From contig OY829846.1 in the NCBI GenBank assembly GCA_963691875.1, positions 3,296,001 to 3,360,000 of the forward strand: a stretch of DNA of 64,000 nucleotides, in the 5' to 3' direction. Shown here piece after piece: positions 8,976-18,597 of this stretch. Origin of the DNA: Aureliella sp. GTDB lineage: Bacteria > Planctomycetota > Planctomycetia > Pirellulales > Pirellulaceae. The translations under genes and the position numbers were made by a program. The notes below the pieces were generated by a model. It saw only the letters and a list, made by a program, of their open reading frames with translations. It was not told the origin of the DNA and made no database searches. How positions within the stretch are numbered: position 1 is the first letter of the stretch; every line of letters starts with the position of its first letter.

Positions 8976-9680
8976 ATGCCTCGCAAGGTAAAAGGTTATT
9001 CACGCGTTGATTCTGGAGAAGCTCACGGTTGGTTGGTACGTATCAAGCGTGGCGACATCAAGCGCTCTCGCTTTATCTCGGATTCAACTCACGGCGGCAA
9101 GAAGAAGTCCAAGGCAGTTGCGGAGCAAGTCTACCAAGAGTGGGCTGACGAGCTACCTGAGCCAGACACCGCTGAAGATAAGCTAGGCAAGCGAAATTCT
9201 TCTGGTGTTGTCGGCGTACACTACTCGTACGACGTAGACGCTCGCTATCCGAACTGCGCCTATGAGTACTACATCGCTTCCTGGAAGACCGAAGACGGTC
9301 GTCGCCAGAACGTTCGCTTCGCGATCAGCAAGTGGGGCAAAAAGGTTGCCTTCGAACTAGCTTGCATCGCTCGTTCAGAACGTACTACTGACCGCGAGAA
9401 GGTGCAAAAGCTTCACGAAAAGGGTCACGCTGCTGCAAAGGCTTCGCCTAAGAAGGGCGCAGCCGCTAAGAAAGCTGCACCTAAGAAGGCAACTAAGAAA
9501 GCTGCTCCTAAGAAGGCAGCCAAGAAAGCTGCTCCTAAGAAGGCAGCCAAGAAAGCTGCACCTAAGAAGAAGGTAGCTAAGAAAGCTGCTCCGAAGAAGG
9601 CAGCCAAGAAAGCTGCTCCTAAGAAGGCAGCCAAAAAAGCTGCTCCTAAGAAGAAGGCTGCAAAGAAGAAGAAGCGTTAG
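8976..9680 (+). CDS. Tandem AP2-like DNA-binding domains fused to a histone H1-like Lys/Ala/Pro tail
   Basis: HGWLVRIKR..RFISDSTHGGKKKS and NSSGVVGV..YIASW..RFAISKWG..AFELACIAR resemble bacterial AP2 domains; C-terminal KKAAPKKAA repeats; strongly biased codons. Confidence 0.75.
   Translation: MPRKVKGYSRVDSGEAHGWLVRIKRGDIKRSRFISDSTHGGKKKSKAVAEQVYQEWADELPEPDTAEDKLGKRNSSGVVGVHYSYDVDARYPNCAYEYYIASWKTEDGRRQNVRFAISKWGKKVAFELACIARSERTTDREKVQKLHEKGHAAAKASPKKGAAAKKAAPKKATKKAAPKKAAKKAAPKKAAKKAAPKKKVAKKAAPKKAAKKAAPKKAAKKAAPKKKAAKKKKR
9468..9677 (+). repeat. Approximately 27-bp coding tandem repeat (KKAAPKKAA)
   Basis: Units such as AAGAAAGCTGCTCCTAAGAAGGCAGCC repeated with synonymous variation. Confidence 0.9.
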
Positions 9681-9738
9681 ACCGCTCTTCTCGCAGCAAG
9701 TCCTCGCTGTGTAGCTGAATCTAGAAGTCCATCCACTG

Positions 9739-9780
9739 ACTACTGGGCCTCCTTTATAATAAGAGGTTCAGTAGTTTTTT
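9739..9780 (+). terminator. Intrinsic terminator
   Basis: 13-bp stem ACTACTGGGCCTC / GAGGTTCAGTAGT (two G-U pairs) followed by a T run. Confidence 0.85.
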
Positions 9781-9869
9781 ATGCGCTACCTTGTACCTGC
9801 CTATCTCTTTCACGCCACCATGAAACCGCTTGGCCGGTTTCTTCCATTCGCTGATCGACCGTACGAAGC

Positions 9870-11891
9870 ATGCTCGCCAAAATCATCGCATTTGCCTCAC
9901 CGCTGCATCGCGCTGCCATGCTCGGATTCGTCCTGACGGTTCTATGGAATGTTCCGTCGGCCCATGCCCAGTCAGGTCCGGCCGACCAACTAGCGATCCC
10001 GGGTTTAATCCAAAGTTACTGCCTCGATTGCCATGCCACGCATTCAGCCGAAGGTAATATCAATTTCGAAGCGGTTCTTGCGCCGGATACCAGTTTCGCG
10101 AAGCGGTTTGAGATTCTGAGCCGAGCTGCTGAGCTGATCAGCGACGGAAGCATGCCGCCTCAAGACGAAGCCCAGCCCTCTGCAGCTGAACGCGGAGAGT
10201 TTCAAGACTGGTTCGAATCTCAGTTTGTCGAATCCATCCAAGCCAGCCCCGGCGCATTCCGTGTCCGGCGCCTTTCCGCACATGAGTATCGAAACACCTT
10301 GGAAAGCTTGCTAGGATTCAAGCTCGAACTGGCTGTCGTCGAGGCGGAGCAGACGCTCTCCGAAACCTCACTGATTATGAAGCTATTGCCGACCGATCCA
10401 CCTGGACCAAGCGGCTTTACCAATGACACCTCTCAAAACCCACTCACTTTGGTGCTATGGGACCAATACAGTCTCATTCTCGATTCCGCCCTAGACGATC
10501 TGCTTTCGCAAGAACATTTACCAAAGGAGCTTGCGGGCGAGCCCGAACGAGAGCAAGTGATGAATTTTCTAGCAAGTTTTCGCTCACAAGCTTACCGAAG
10601 AGAGCTCGCGCAGGATTCCCAGCAGCGTTACCAAACCCAACTGCACGAACACTGGAAGGAATATTTTGGCGATAAGTCGGATTGCTCCAGCACAAGTGAC
10701 CACACACTAGTCAACCAGTTCGTCAAGCAAGAATTAAAAGTCACATTGATGTCGCCCGCATTCTTGCACCGTGGCTTCTTGGCTCAATCGGAACGTAAGA
10801 ATAGAGAGTTGCCTGTCGATGCATTCGAGTTAGCTGAACGCTTGAGCTACTTCCTGTGGGCCGATATGCCAGATGAAGGACTACTGGAATCGGCCTCCAA
10901 TGGATCTTTATTGATCAAAGAGGAGTATCGGAAGCAAATTCGTCGTATGCTTGACTCGCCCAAAGCGCGGAACTTGAGCGAAGACTTTGCGATGCAATGG
11001 TTGAGCTTGCAGGAGATCGAAAATGTCTCGAGCAATCCGCCGACCATGCTGGCACTCCGATCCCAACCGTTAGATTTTCTGCATTACCTTTTCACCGAAG
11101 GACGACCACTGCTAGAGTTAGTCGACTCGTCGGTGAGTTTTATTAATCCGCACACAGCCCGCTATTATCGCAACGAACGGAAACAATTAACGGCATACCG
11201 AAAACAAAAGGGAATTGAAGTCGAAGCATTGCCAAACCAGAAGATCCAGCTCGAAGACTCCACGCCTCGCGGTGGGATACTTACGATGCCTGGCGTTTTG
11301 GCCATGAATCGCGGGCCGATCTTGCGAGGCACTTGGTTGCTAGAACGAATCCTTGGAGAGTATCTGCCGGATCCGCCTGCGAACGTAGGCCAAGTGCCTC
11401 GTAGTCCGCCAGGGCAGAAACTTTCCTTCCGACAGAGATTTGAATTGCATCGGAGCCAGGCGAGTTGTGCGGTTTGCCACGACAAGATTGATCCACTCGG
11501 CTTTTCACTTGAAGCATACGATGCTGTAGGGGGCTACCGCAGGGCGGCTGACTACAAGCCCACGAAGCAGCAAGTCAAACGCGGTGAGGTACCAGAGGGT
11601 GCAATAGACACCACCGGGCAATTACCCAGTGGCGAGCACTTTAAAGATTTTGAAGGGCTCAAGCAGATCTTGGTCGGCGAGAAACGACACGAAGTCATCG
11701 AAAATATCACGCGCCGTATGCTCGAGTTCGCCTTGGCTCGCAAGCTCGAATATTATGACAAACCTACAGTAGATAAGATTGTGGAAGAGCTGGTCGAAGA
11801 TCCGGAAAGTACTTTTCACGATTTGATCTTTGCGATCTCCGAGAGTTTACCCTTTACACACACCATTTACGAATCCGATGATGCGAAGTAA
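9870..11891 (+). CDS. Planctomycete cytochrome c + DUF1587/DUF1592/DUF1588/DUF1585 multidomain protein
   Basis: Signal peptide, CLDCH, RRLSAHEYRNT, ELAERLSYFLWADMPD, RGTWLLERILG, CAVCHDKIDPLG. Confidence 0.9.
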   Translation: MLAKIIAFASPLHRAAMLGFVLTVLWNVPSAHAQSGPADQLAIPGLIQSYCLDCHATHSAEGNINFEAVLAPDTSFAKRFEILSRAAELISDGSMPPQDEAQPSAAERGEFQDWFESQFVESIQASPGAFRVRRLSAHEYRNTLESLLGFKLELAVVEAEQTLSETSLIMKLLPTDPPGPSGFTNDTSQNPLTLVLWDQYSLILDSALDDLLSQEHLPKELAGEPEREQVMNFLASFRSQAYRRELAQDSQQRYQTQLHEHWKEYFGDKSDCSSTSDHTLVNQFVKQELKVTLMSPAFLHRGFLAQSERKNRELPVDAFELAERLSYFLWADMPDEGLLESASNGSLLIKEEYRKQIRRMLDSPKARNLSEDFAMQWLSLQEIENVSSNPPTMLALRSQPLDFLHYLFTEGRPLLELVDSSVSFINPHTARYYRNERKQLTAYRKQKGIEVEALPNQKIQLEDSTPRGGILTMPGVLAMNRGPILRGTWLLERILGEYLPDPPANVGQVPRSPPGQKLSFRQRFELHRSQASCAVCHDKIDPLGFSLEAYDAVGGYRRAADYKPTKQQVKRGEVPEGAIDTTGQLPSGEHFKDFEGLKQILVGEKRHEVIENITRRMLEFALARKLEYYDKPTVDKIVEELVEDPESTFHDLIFAISESLPFTHTIYESDDAK

Positions 11892-11940
11892 CGGTTGTTG
11901 AAATACGGGTGAAGTGAGATAGGTGATTAGGAAATAACAC

Positions 11941-13524
11941 ATGAGCTGGAATGTTGATCGTCGCCGTTTTTTGCGGAGTGCTGCTGGACCTCTATTGCCA
12001 CTTCCGCTACTAAACCTGATGACCTCACAGACTCGAGCGGGCGAGCAAAAACCTCCGATCCGGTTCGTCACACTGTTCAAACCAAATGGAGTGCATCCAC
12101 CAAGCTGGAATATTAGCGGTGGACAAGAATTCGACTTCCGCATGTCACCGCTCATGCAGCCTTTCGCGGAACACAAGCAAGACTTGCTGATCCTCGACAA
12201 CATGGGAGACTTCGGCTTCTCCTCTCACGCGAATTCCACGCGACGATTCCTAAGCGGCCACCACAAAAACACAAAATCTGCTTCAGTCGATCAACTCATT
12301 GCCCAAAAAATCGCTGGCGACACGGCACATAAGTCTCTGGAGCTAACGACTGAAGGACTGTTTCCAAATCAAATCGGATGCTCGTACATTTCCTACGGCC
12401 AAAATGGCGAGCCACTTCCGCGCGAGAGTGATCCGCAACTCGTTTTTGATCGTGTCTTTCGTAATCCACTGGCAAATCCAGCCGAACGAAAGTCGATGGC
12501 CAGCTTGCTCGATCGTGTCCAAGAGGATGCGAGATCTCTGAACCGCCAGGCGGGCTCGCAAGATCGCCAAACACTTGACCAATACATGACAGTGCTGCGC
12601 GAGACCGAGAAACGCTTGGCGACCATGAACGAAAAACCAGCGCCTAAGCTGGACTTCTCCAAACTTCAGCGTCCTCTCGCTCCAGTCAATCTCAACGAAC
12701 AAGTCGAAGCGATGATCGACGTGATGTGCCTCGCACTATGGACAGATTCCACGCGATGCATCACTTACATGCTCGGCAATAGCAACAGTCGCATGATTTT
12801 CGACTTCCTGGGAATCCAAGAACAGCACCATTACTTATCTCACTTCTTCCGTAACTTCTCACGGCACAATCTCGACGCGTTGTTGAAGATCAGCTTGTGG
12901 CACATGGAGAAATTTGACTACTTGCTGAAACGCATGAAGAGCTTTCAAGACGGGAATGGGACTCTGCTCGAAAACAGCATCGTTCTTTTTGGTTCAGGTA
13001 TGGGGCATAGCGACAATCACACTGCGACTCGCATTCCGATCGTCTTGGCTGGCCAAGGTGCCGGACGTATCAAAACGGGGCGTTATATTCGCTACGCCAA
13101 GAATCAAGAACTCGGGCGATTACACTTGTCTCTCCTTAAACGATTTGGTGTCCAAACAGACTCCTTCGCAGGTAGCTCTGATTTATTGCCTGGATTGCAA
13201 GATTCCAGCTACGAGCACTACTCCGAGCGACCATTCGAAAGCTGGGTGAAGTACGAGGATGGCAACATCACAGCCCAAGGCCGATTACGTCTCTCGGATA
13301 ACTTGGATGAGGCGAAGGTGTTCTTCGTAGATATCGAAGGCGAGACACCGGTTCGCATCGAAGTCAGCTTCCGTGATTTCCACGACTTCAATCTAGCTTA
13401 CCACTGTGGCACCGCCATTCAAATTCAAGGCGCTGGCAAACGACAAGGCGAGCAGTTACTGATGACCAAAGTACTCAAGCTCGACTCGTTGTTCGGCCAC
13501 AAGCCTGGAACTCAAAACGGCTAG
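11941..13524 (+). CDS. DUF1552 family protein with an extra C-terminal domain
   Basis: RRRFLR N-terminus, PNGVHP, SVDQLIA, LLENSIVLFGSGM..HT..IPIVLAG; about 110 aa beyond the usual end. Confidence 0.88.
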   Translation: MSWNVDRRRFLRSAAGPLLPLPLLNLMTSQTRAGEQKPPIRFVTLFKPNGVHPPSWNISGGQEFDFRMSPLMQPFAEHKQDLLILDNMGDFGFSSHANSTRRFLSGHHKNTKSASVDQLIAQKIAGDTAHKSLELTTEGLFPNQIGCSYISYGQNGEPLPRESDPQLVFDRVFRNPLANPAERKSMASLLDRVQEDARSLNRQAGSQDRQTLDQYMTVLRETEKRLATMNEKPAPKLDFSKLQRPLAPVNLNEQVEAMIDVMCLALWTDSTRCITYMLGNSNSRMIFDFLGIQEQHHYLSHFFRNFSRHNLDALLKISLWHMEKFDYLLKRMKSFQDGNGTLLENSIVLFGSGMGHSDNHTATRIPIVLAGQGAGRIKTGRYIRYAKNQELGRLHLSLLKRFGVQTDSFAGSSDLLPGLQDSSYEHYSERPFESWVKYEDGNITAQGRLRLSDNLDEAKVFFVDIEGETPVRIEVSFRDFHDFNLAYHCGTAIQIQGAGKRQGEQLLMTKVLKLDSLFGHKPGTQNG

Positions 13525-13684
13525 CAAGGGGCATCAATCGCTCCGCGACGGGAACAAAGAAAGGAGCTTGGGCTTCTATACCCGTGTTCGTATGAGTACA
13601 CAGACTGGAAGTCTATGCCACGTCAAGGATTGAGGATTGGCGAAAGAATAGAATCGTTGAATAAGCCCTGATCTTGGGCGAATC

Positions 13685-15487
13685 GTGAACGCGCAAAGGA
13701 ACAGAGCAATGAATAGTGAAGCAGCAGCGGCATCGGAGAATGCGAATGAAAGCGGCAAGTACCAACCGCTTGGCGTGTTATTCCCGATCCTGCTTGTAGG
13801 GCTAATGGTGCTTTGCCGATTCGTTCCAAGTCTGTGGGAAGACGGCCCCTCAATGACTTGGGCCATCGGGGCCTTTGGGCCGGTTCTGGCATCGCTGCTC
13901 GTTCTAGTTTGGTGGTTGGCATTCAGCCGCGCGACGGCCGTGGAACGTGTTGTCGGGCTAGGCCTTGTTATCGCCACATTGGCCAGCACAACAAAGTTGC
14001 TCGATGAAACCGTCATGCCAGTCGCTGTTGTGATTACGATTCCCCTAGGAGTCGCTGGATTCGCCATCGGTCTGATCATGACCTCCCAGTGGCTCAGTTT
14101 CAAACGAACTCTTGTCGGTGCATTGGCCTGCTTTGCATTCAGTGGCTTGTCAGATCTAGTACGAAATGAAGGTGCTTGGGGCGATTTCTCTTTTGATCTG
14201 CACTGGCGCTGGAGCCCTACGGCAGAGGAACGCTTTCTCGCAGAGCGTGCGGAAGGAAAGAAATCAGAACCAGCAGAAGTAAACGTAACTGAAGGCGAAT
14301 TTCCGGAGGCATCCTGGTCGGGATTCCGCGGTTCCAATCGCGACGGTGTTGTAGAGAACAGCAGAATTGACTCGGATTGGGCGGCAAATCCTCCCAAAGA
14401 AAAGTGGCGGGTCAAAGTAGGGCCGGCTTGGTCGTCTTTCGCAGTTGCCGGAGAAATGCTTTTCACCCAGGAGCAACGCGGTGAACAGGAGTCTGCAGTC
14501 TGCTATTCTGCAGCGAATGGCCAGGAGATCTGGGCCAACGCTATCGAAAGCCGCTTCACTGAAGCTCTCGGCGGGCTTGGCCCCCGAGCGACTCCGACTT
14601 TAAGAGGCGACAAACTCGTTTCGCAAGGCGCCGCAGGCTGGCTCCGATGCAATGATGCTCGGACAGGGGAGTTACTTTGGAAAGTCGACATCAAACAGGT
14701 CGCTGATTGCTCGATTCCCATGTGGGGCTTCTCCTGTTCACCTCTTTGCGTAAAAACCGAGCAAGGTGATTTTGCCATCGTTCACACTGGTGCTGCGGGT
14801 GACAAAGGCATCATGGCGTTTCGCATAAGCGATGGATCGGTAGCTTGGTCCGTCACAGCAGGAAAGCAATCCTATGGATCGCTTCAAGACGTGCAACTGC
14901 TCGGGCAGCGAGCAATTGCCATTCTGTCAGAGCGTGGGGCAGAGTTTTTAGAACCAGAGACTGGCGAGTCAATTTTCCTTTACGATTGGAAACACACCGG
15001 TTACCGAGCTTTACAGCCGCTGATGATCGGAGACGACCGAATGCTGATCCCAACCGGAATGGGCTCTGGCACTCGCTTGGTACAGCTTACGAAAAACAAG
15101 GACGGCTCTATCTCCGGCAAAGAAGTGTGGACTTCGCGACGGCTCAAACCTGATTTCAACGACATCCTTGTTTATAAAGACAACATCTTCGGCTTTGATG
15201 GTGAGATCTTTTGTTCTCTTAAGCTGGCTGACGGCAAGCTCAACTGGAAAGGCGGGCGATACGGCAAAGGACAAGCGATTCTGTTGGCCGATGCTGGAGT
15301 CATCATTGTGCTCTCAGAGAAAGGTGATTTGGTACTATTGAAAGCGACGCCGGACGGACACGAGGAACTACATCGTGCGCCTGCACTGGAGGGACGGACC
15401 TGGAATCACCCGGTGCTGATCGGCAATCAGCTCTACTTGCGGAATGATAAAGAGGCGGTTTGCTATACTCTTCCCATCGCCCCCTAG
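13685..15487 (+). CDS. Membrane-anchored PQQ-like beta-propeller repeat protein (BamB-like)
   Basis: N-terminal TM helices, WSGFRGSNRDG, GPRATPT, TWNHPVL and Trp-docking repeats typical of planctomycete PQQ-like propellers. Confidence 0.85.
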   Translation: MNAQRNRAMNSEAAAASENANESGKYQPLGVLFPILLVGLMVLCRFVPSLWEDGPSMTWAIGAFGPVLASLLVLVWWLAFSRATAVERVVGLGLVIATLASTTKLLDETVMPVAVVITIPLGVAGFAIGLIMTSQWLSFKRTLVGALACFAFSGLSDLVRNEGAWGDFSFDLHWRWSPTAEERFLAERAEGKKSEPAEVNVTEGEFPEASWSGFRGSNRDGVVENSRIDSDWAANPPKEKWRVKVGPAWSSFAVAGEMLFTQEQRGEQESAVCYSAANGQEIWANAIESRFTEALGGLGPRATPTLRGDKLVSQGAAGWLRCNDARTGELLWKVDIKQVADCSIPMWGFSCSPLCVKTEQGDFAIVHTGAAGDKGIMAFRISDGSVAWSVTAGKQSYGSLQDVQLLGQRAIAILSERGAEFLEPETGESIFLYDWKHTGYRALQPLMIGDDRMLIPTGMGSGTRLVQLTKNKDGSISGKEVWTSRRLKPDFNDILVYKDNIFGFDGEIFCSLKLADGKLNWKGGRYGKGQAILLADAGVIIVLSEKGDLVLLKATPDGHEELHRAPALEGRTWNHPVLIGNQLYLRNDKEAVCYTLPIAP

Positions 15488-15505
15488 CCAAATCCGCATT
15501 TTAGA

Positions 15506-16258
15506 ATGGCAATGCAAAACTCAAGTGAATTGGAAAAAAACGAGCTAGAGCAGCTCGAGACGCTCGGGTATGTTGCCCTCGGACAGCTTCTCGATGCTGA
15601 AGCGTTGGATTGCATTCGCCGGCGTATCGAAATCCTACTTGCAGCGGAACAAAACCATGCCGGCGTAGAGCTACTCGACTCGCGGAATATCCGCCACGCC
15701 AAGGAAGAAGGTGCAGATCGCTTAGCCGATTTGGTCAACAAAGGGGCAGAGTTCGAGACTTGCTTCACGCACTCTAAACTTCTAGCTGGAATGAGGCATG
15801 TTCTCGGAAGCAATTGCAAGCTTTCATCTCTGAATTATCGATCGGCAAGGCCTGATGGCGGGGAACAAAAGCTGCACGTCGACTGGCACGAGGCGATCAC
15901 TGCTCCAGAATTCGTGGTTTGCAATTCGATTTGGCTAGTCGATGACTTCACGGAGGAAAACGGCGCGACACGTCTGATTCCCCGATCGCATTTATACTCA
16001 AAAATACCTGATCAAGAACTTGAAGATCCATGGGCCAAGCATCCACATGAAGTAATGGTTACGGGTGAAGCTGGGAGCGTCTTCCTTTTCAACGCTCATC
16101 TATGGCATGGCGGAACACGGAACCGAAGTGCTCGTCAACGCCGCGCCATTCACAGTTACTTTTGCCGTCACGATCAGCCACAGCAAACGAACCAGCTGAA
16201 ACTACTGACGGAAGAAACGCGACAACGACTGCCGGCCGACTCTTTGAAGCTCCTATAG
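15506..16258 (+). CDS. Phytanoyl-CoA dioxygenase (PhyH) family Fe(II)/2-oxoglutarate enzyme
   Basis: QKLHVDW (HxD), DDFTEENGATRLIPRSH, LWHGG..N.S..RR. Confidence 0.88.
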   Translation: MAMQNSSELEKNELEQLETLGYVALGQLLDAEALDCIRRRIEILLAAEQNHAGVELLDSRNIRHAKEEGADRLADLVNKGAEFETCFTHSKLLAGMRHVLGSNCKLSSLNYRSARPDGGEQKLHVDWHEAITAPEFVVCNSIWLVDDFTEENGATRLIPRSHLYSKIPDQELEDPWAKHPHEVMVTGEAGSVFLFNAHLWHGGTRNRSARQRRAIHSYFCRHDQPQQTNQLKLLTEETRQRLPADSLKLL

Positions 16259-16295
16259 CGCAAATTCGTGCATGCCAGGAAGTTGAATTTATCAG

Positions 16296-17645
16296 TTAAG
16301 GAGTCGCCGCCAGACTCTTGAGTAGCTTTCGGTCTGGCTTGATCAACAGCTTGGCTGCGCTCGGCAATTCGTGTGCTTCGGCCGGGATTTCATAGCCAGA
16401 TAAGTAATTCCGAAGAGTAGTCCTCCAGTCCTCTGGAAGTTCGCCTTCCACAAATGCAACAGGGCGGGCTCCGAAGGTCCCATCGGGCTTCGGCACCACG
16501 ACGACTTGCTGTAGTTCGAACAAACCAAGCATGGCTCGCTCGATATTTTCCGGGTGAACGTTTTCACCTCCAGATACAAACATGTTGTCAGAACGACCGA
16601 GTACAGTTAGCCTTCCTAGATCGTCCAGAGACCCCAGGTCTCCGGTGTGGAACCAGCCTTCTTCATCCACTATCGAGTGAATCTCTCCGCTTCGGTAATA
16701 GCCTGAGCAAAGTGTGTCTCCGCTGACCAAGATCTCACCATCAGAATTGATACGCAGCTGCCTCCCCGTCAGAACTCTCCCGCTAGTGCTGGATGGATCC
16801 GTCGCCAGCGAAGTGGTGACTTGCGATGCCATTTCGGTAAGACCATAAGTGGTGTGCACATTTACGCCTCGCTCTCGCGCTGCATCGATAAGATTTGGAT
16901 CTATGCTGCTCCCACCCACCAGAATTGACCGAAGGCATCGTTCCGGAAAAGTGTCCTCCTCGAGCAATCGCCTGAGTTGTGTGGTCACGAGCGAAAGGTG
17001 TGTAACTCCCCGGTCGGCTATTAAACCTGCACTTAACTTCTCACCGGTCGGAGTGCCCACAACCGTCGCCCCGCTTACCGCGCAGCGGATGAGGATCGAG
17101 AGTCCACTTACATGGCAAAGCGGCAAGTTCCAGAGCCATCGATCACTGGGTTGCAACGCGATATTCTTCGCTGAGCCTTCAGCACTTGCGATGTGAGCAG
17201 CCAGCGAGTGCACGATCTTCTTTGGAGTCCCAGTGCTGCCCGAACTGAGAATGATTGTTGCGGGTCGGTGAAGATCGATGTCGTTCCATTCTCTGCGAGC
17301 ATCTGATTGCGAAGTTCCGTTGTGATGGCTATTTTCAAGCAAAGTTGGCAGCCACACGGCGTCTATCTTCCGCACCACTTCGTCAAGGAAAGAATCGGGA
17401 AAACGGTGACTGATAGGACATGCGACAAGTTGTTGAGTCAGCAAGCTCCAGAAAGTCAGGAAGCCGTCGTAATCATTCGCGGGGCACCAAGCGACATGTT
17501 GGCCCGCGTCAAGATCAGGCAGGTGCCGGACGACATGATCTTGAAGAGATGCGACCAGTTCACCGTAGGTAATCTGATTCTGACCGTCATCAAATGCGAC
17601 GAACTCTGCAAAATGCTCTGCCGCCGTTTGAATCGGTGGTTTCAT
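16296..17645 (-). CDS. menE: o-succinylbenzoate--CoA ligase
   Basis: SSGSTGTPK AMP-binding motif, YGLTE, FHTGDLG, GRSDNMFVSGGENVHPE; last gene of the men cluster. Start ATG 17645 inferred. Confidence 0.9.
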   Translation of the reverse strand: MKPPIQTAAEHFAEFVAFDDGQNQITYGELVASLQDHVVRHLPDLDAGQHVAWCPANDYDGFLTFWSLLTQQLVACPISHRFPDSFLDEVVRKIDAVWLPTLLENSHHNGTSQSDARREWNDIDLHRPATIILSSGSTGTPKKIVHSLAAHIASAEGSAKNIALQPSDRWLWNLPLCHVSGLSILIRCAVSGATVVGTPTGEKLSAGLIADRGVTHLSLVTTQLRRLLEEDTFPERCLRSILVGGSSIDPNLIDAARERGVNVHTTYGLTEMASQVTTSLATDPSSTSGRVLTGRQLRINSDGEILVSGDTLCSGYYRSGEIHSIVDEEGWFHTGDLGSLDDLGRLTVLGRSDNMFVSGGENVHPENIERAMLGLFELQQVVVVPKPDGTFGARPVAFVEGELPEDWRTTLRNYLSGYEIPAEAHELPSAAKLLIKPDRKLLKSLAATP

Positions 17646-17655
17646 AGCTCTACGC

Positions 17656-18597
17656 CTAGATATAAATTTCGGTGGCGAACTCTTCCAAGGCCGCTGAGTC
17701 AACAATCGGAGCCGAAGTAAACGAGAGTATTCCTTGATGCTTTATCGGCGGTTGACAGAGCAAGTCTGCGGAGAGCCAAGCCAGAGTATCAAGTCCGGCC
17801 GGAGCCGCAGGAGAGAACTCTCGAGCAAGCTGAGCAACTCGCGCAATTCCGATTCCAGACTCGAATGCTGCGCTGAACACAATCGGTTTGCCGGTCGCCG
17901 CCAGTCGCTCCACAGCAGCCCGGCCGCCTAGCAGAGTTGGCTTGCAGATCAGGGCGGTTGCGCTCGGCCATTTATCGAGCGATTGCTCGCGCGCCAAAGT
18001 TTCATCCAATGCGTACTTTATCGCTGTCTGGTTACAGAGTTCTTCGAGTCGCTCGGGTTCTCGCAACGGTTCTTCGATATACTCCAACTTCAAGTCACTC
18101 GTGCGTCTTGCAAAATCAACTGCTGCTTCGAATTCCCATGTTTGATTTGCGTCCAGCCTGACGGAAACAGCTTCAGGCAAGCATTCGCAAACTTGTCGAA
18201 CGATTTCAGCATCTTCGGCCGTGCTACGCTGCCCCACTTTCATTTTCACTGCCTGAGGATTGTCGTCGTGGCAGGCATTTGCTTGAGCTAGCACTTCATC
18301 TCGGTTGCCCAGAAGCAGACTGTTTATCGGCGTCTCCAGGGGTGCCGAAAACGATGTATCCAAAGCTGACAATGCAAACTCAAGGGCTGGTGGCGGAGTG
18401 TTCTTGCCTCTAAGAGCATCGACTACTTCATCGATTGTTTCATGGCTAAAACCAGGTAGTGGTGACGCCTCTGACCACTGCCCTTCTCGCTCGAGCAAGA
18501 CCCCTTCTCGTTCTTCGTAAATCCTTCCCTTCAGCCCAATCCGCTGCTTGAGCGGAATTCGAAAACGATAGGCCTTCACCCCAGTCTGAGCATTCAC
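17656..18597 (-). CDS. menC: o-succinylbenzoate synthase
   Basis: EASPLPGFS, KMKVG, RLDANQ, YIEEP, ALDE, CKP enolase-superfamily motifs; GTG 18597 overlaps the menA stop (GTGA). Confidence 0.9.
   Translation of the reverse strand: MNAQTGVKAYRFRIPLKQRIGLKGRIYEEREGVLLEREGQWSEASPLPGFSHETIDEVVDALRGKNTPPPALEFALSALDTSFSAPLETPINSLLLGNRDEVLAQANACHDDNPQAVKMKVGQRSTAEDAEIVRQVCECLPEAVSVRLDANQTWEFEAAVDFARRTSDLKLEYIEEPLREPERLEELCNQTAIKYALDETLAREQSLDKWPSATALICKPTLLGGRAAVERLAATGKPIVFSAAFESGIGIARVAQLAREFSPAAPAGLDTLAWLSADLLCQPPIKHQGILSFTSAPIVDSAALEEFATEIYI

Noticed and set aside
9425..9634. Hydrophobic repeat ORF (AAFLG)n on the minus strand
   Set aside because: Reverse complement of the KKAAP repeats; not an independent gene.
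13576..14466. 296-aa minus-strand ORF
   Set aside because: Antisense to the PQQ-like propeller gene and has no motifs.
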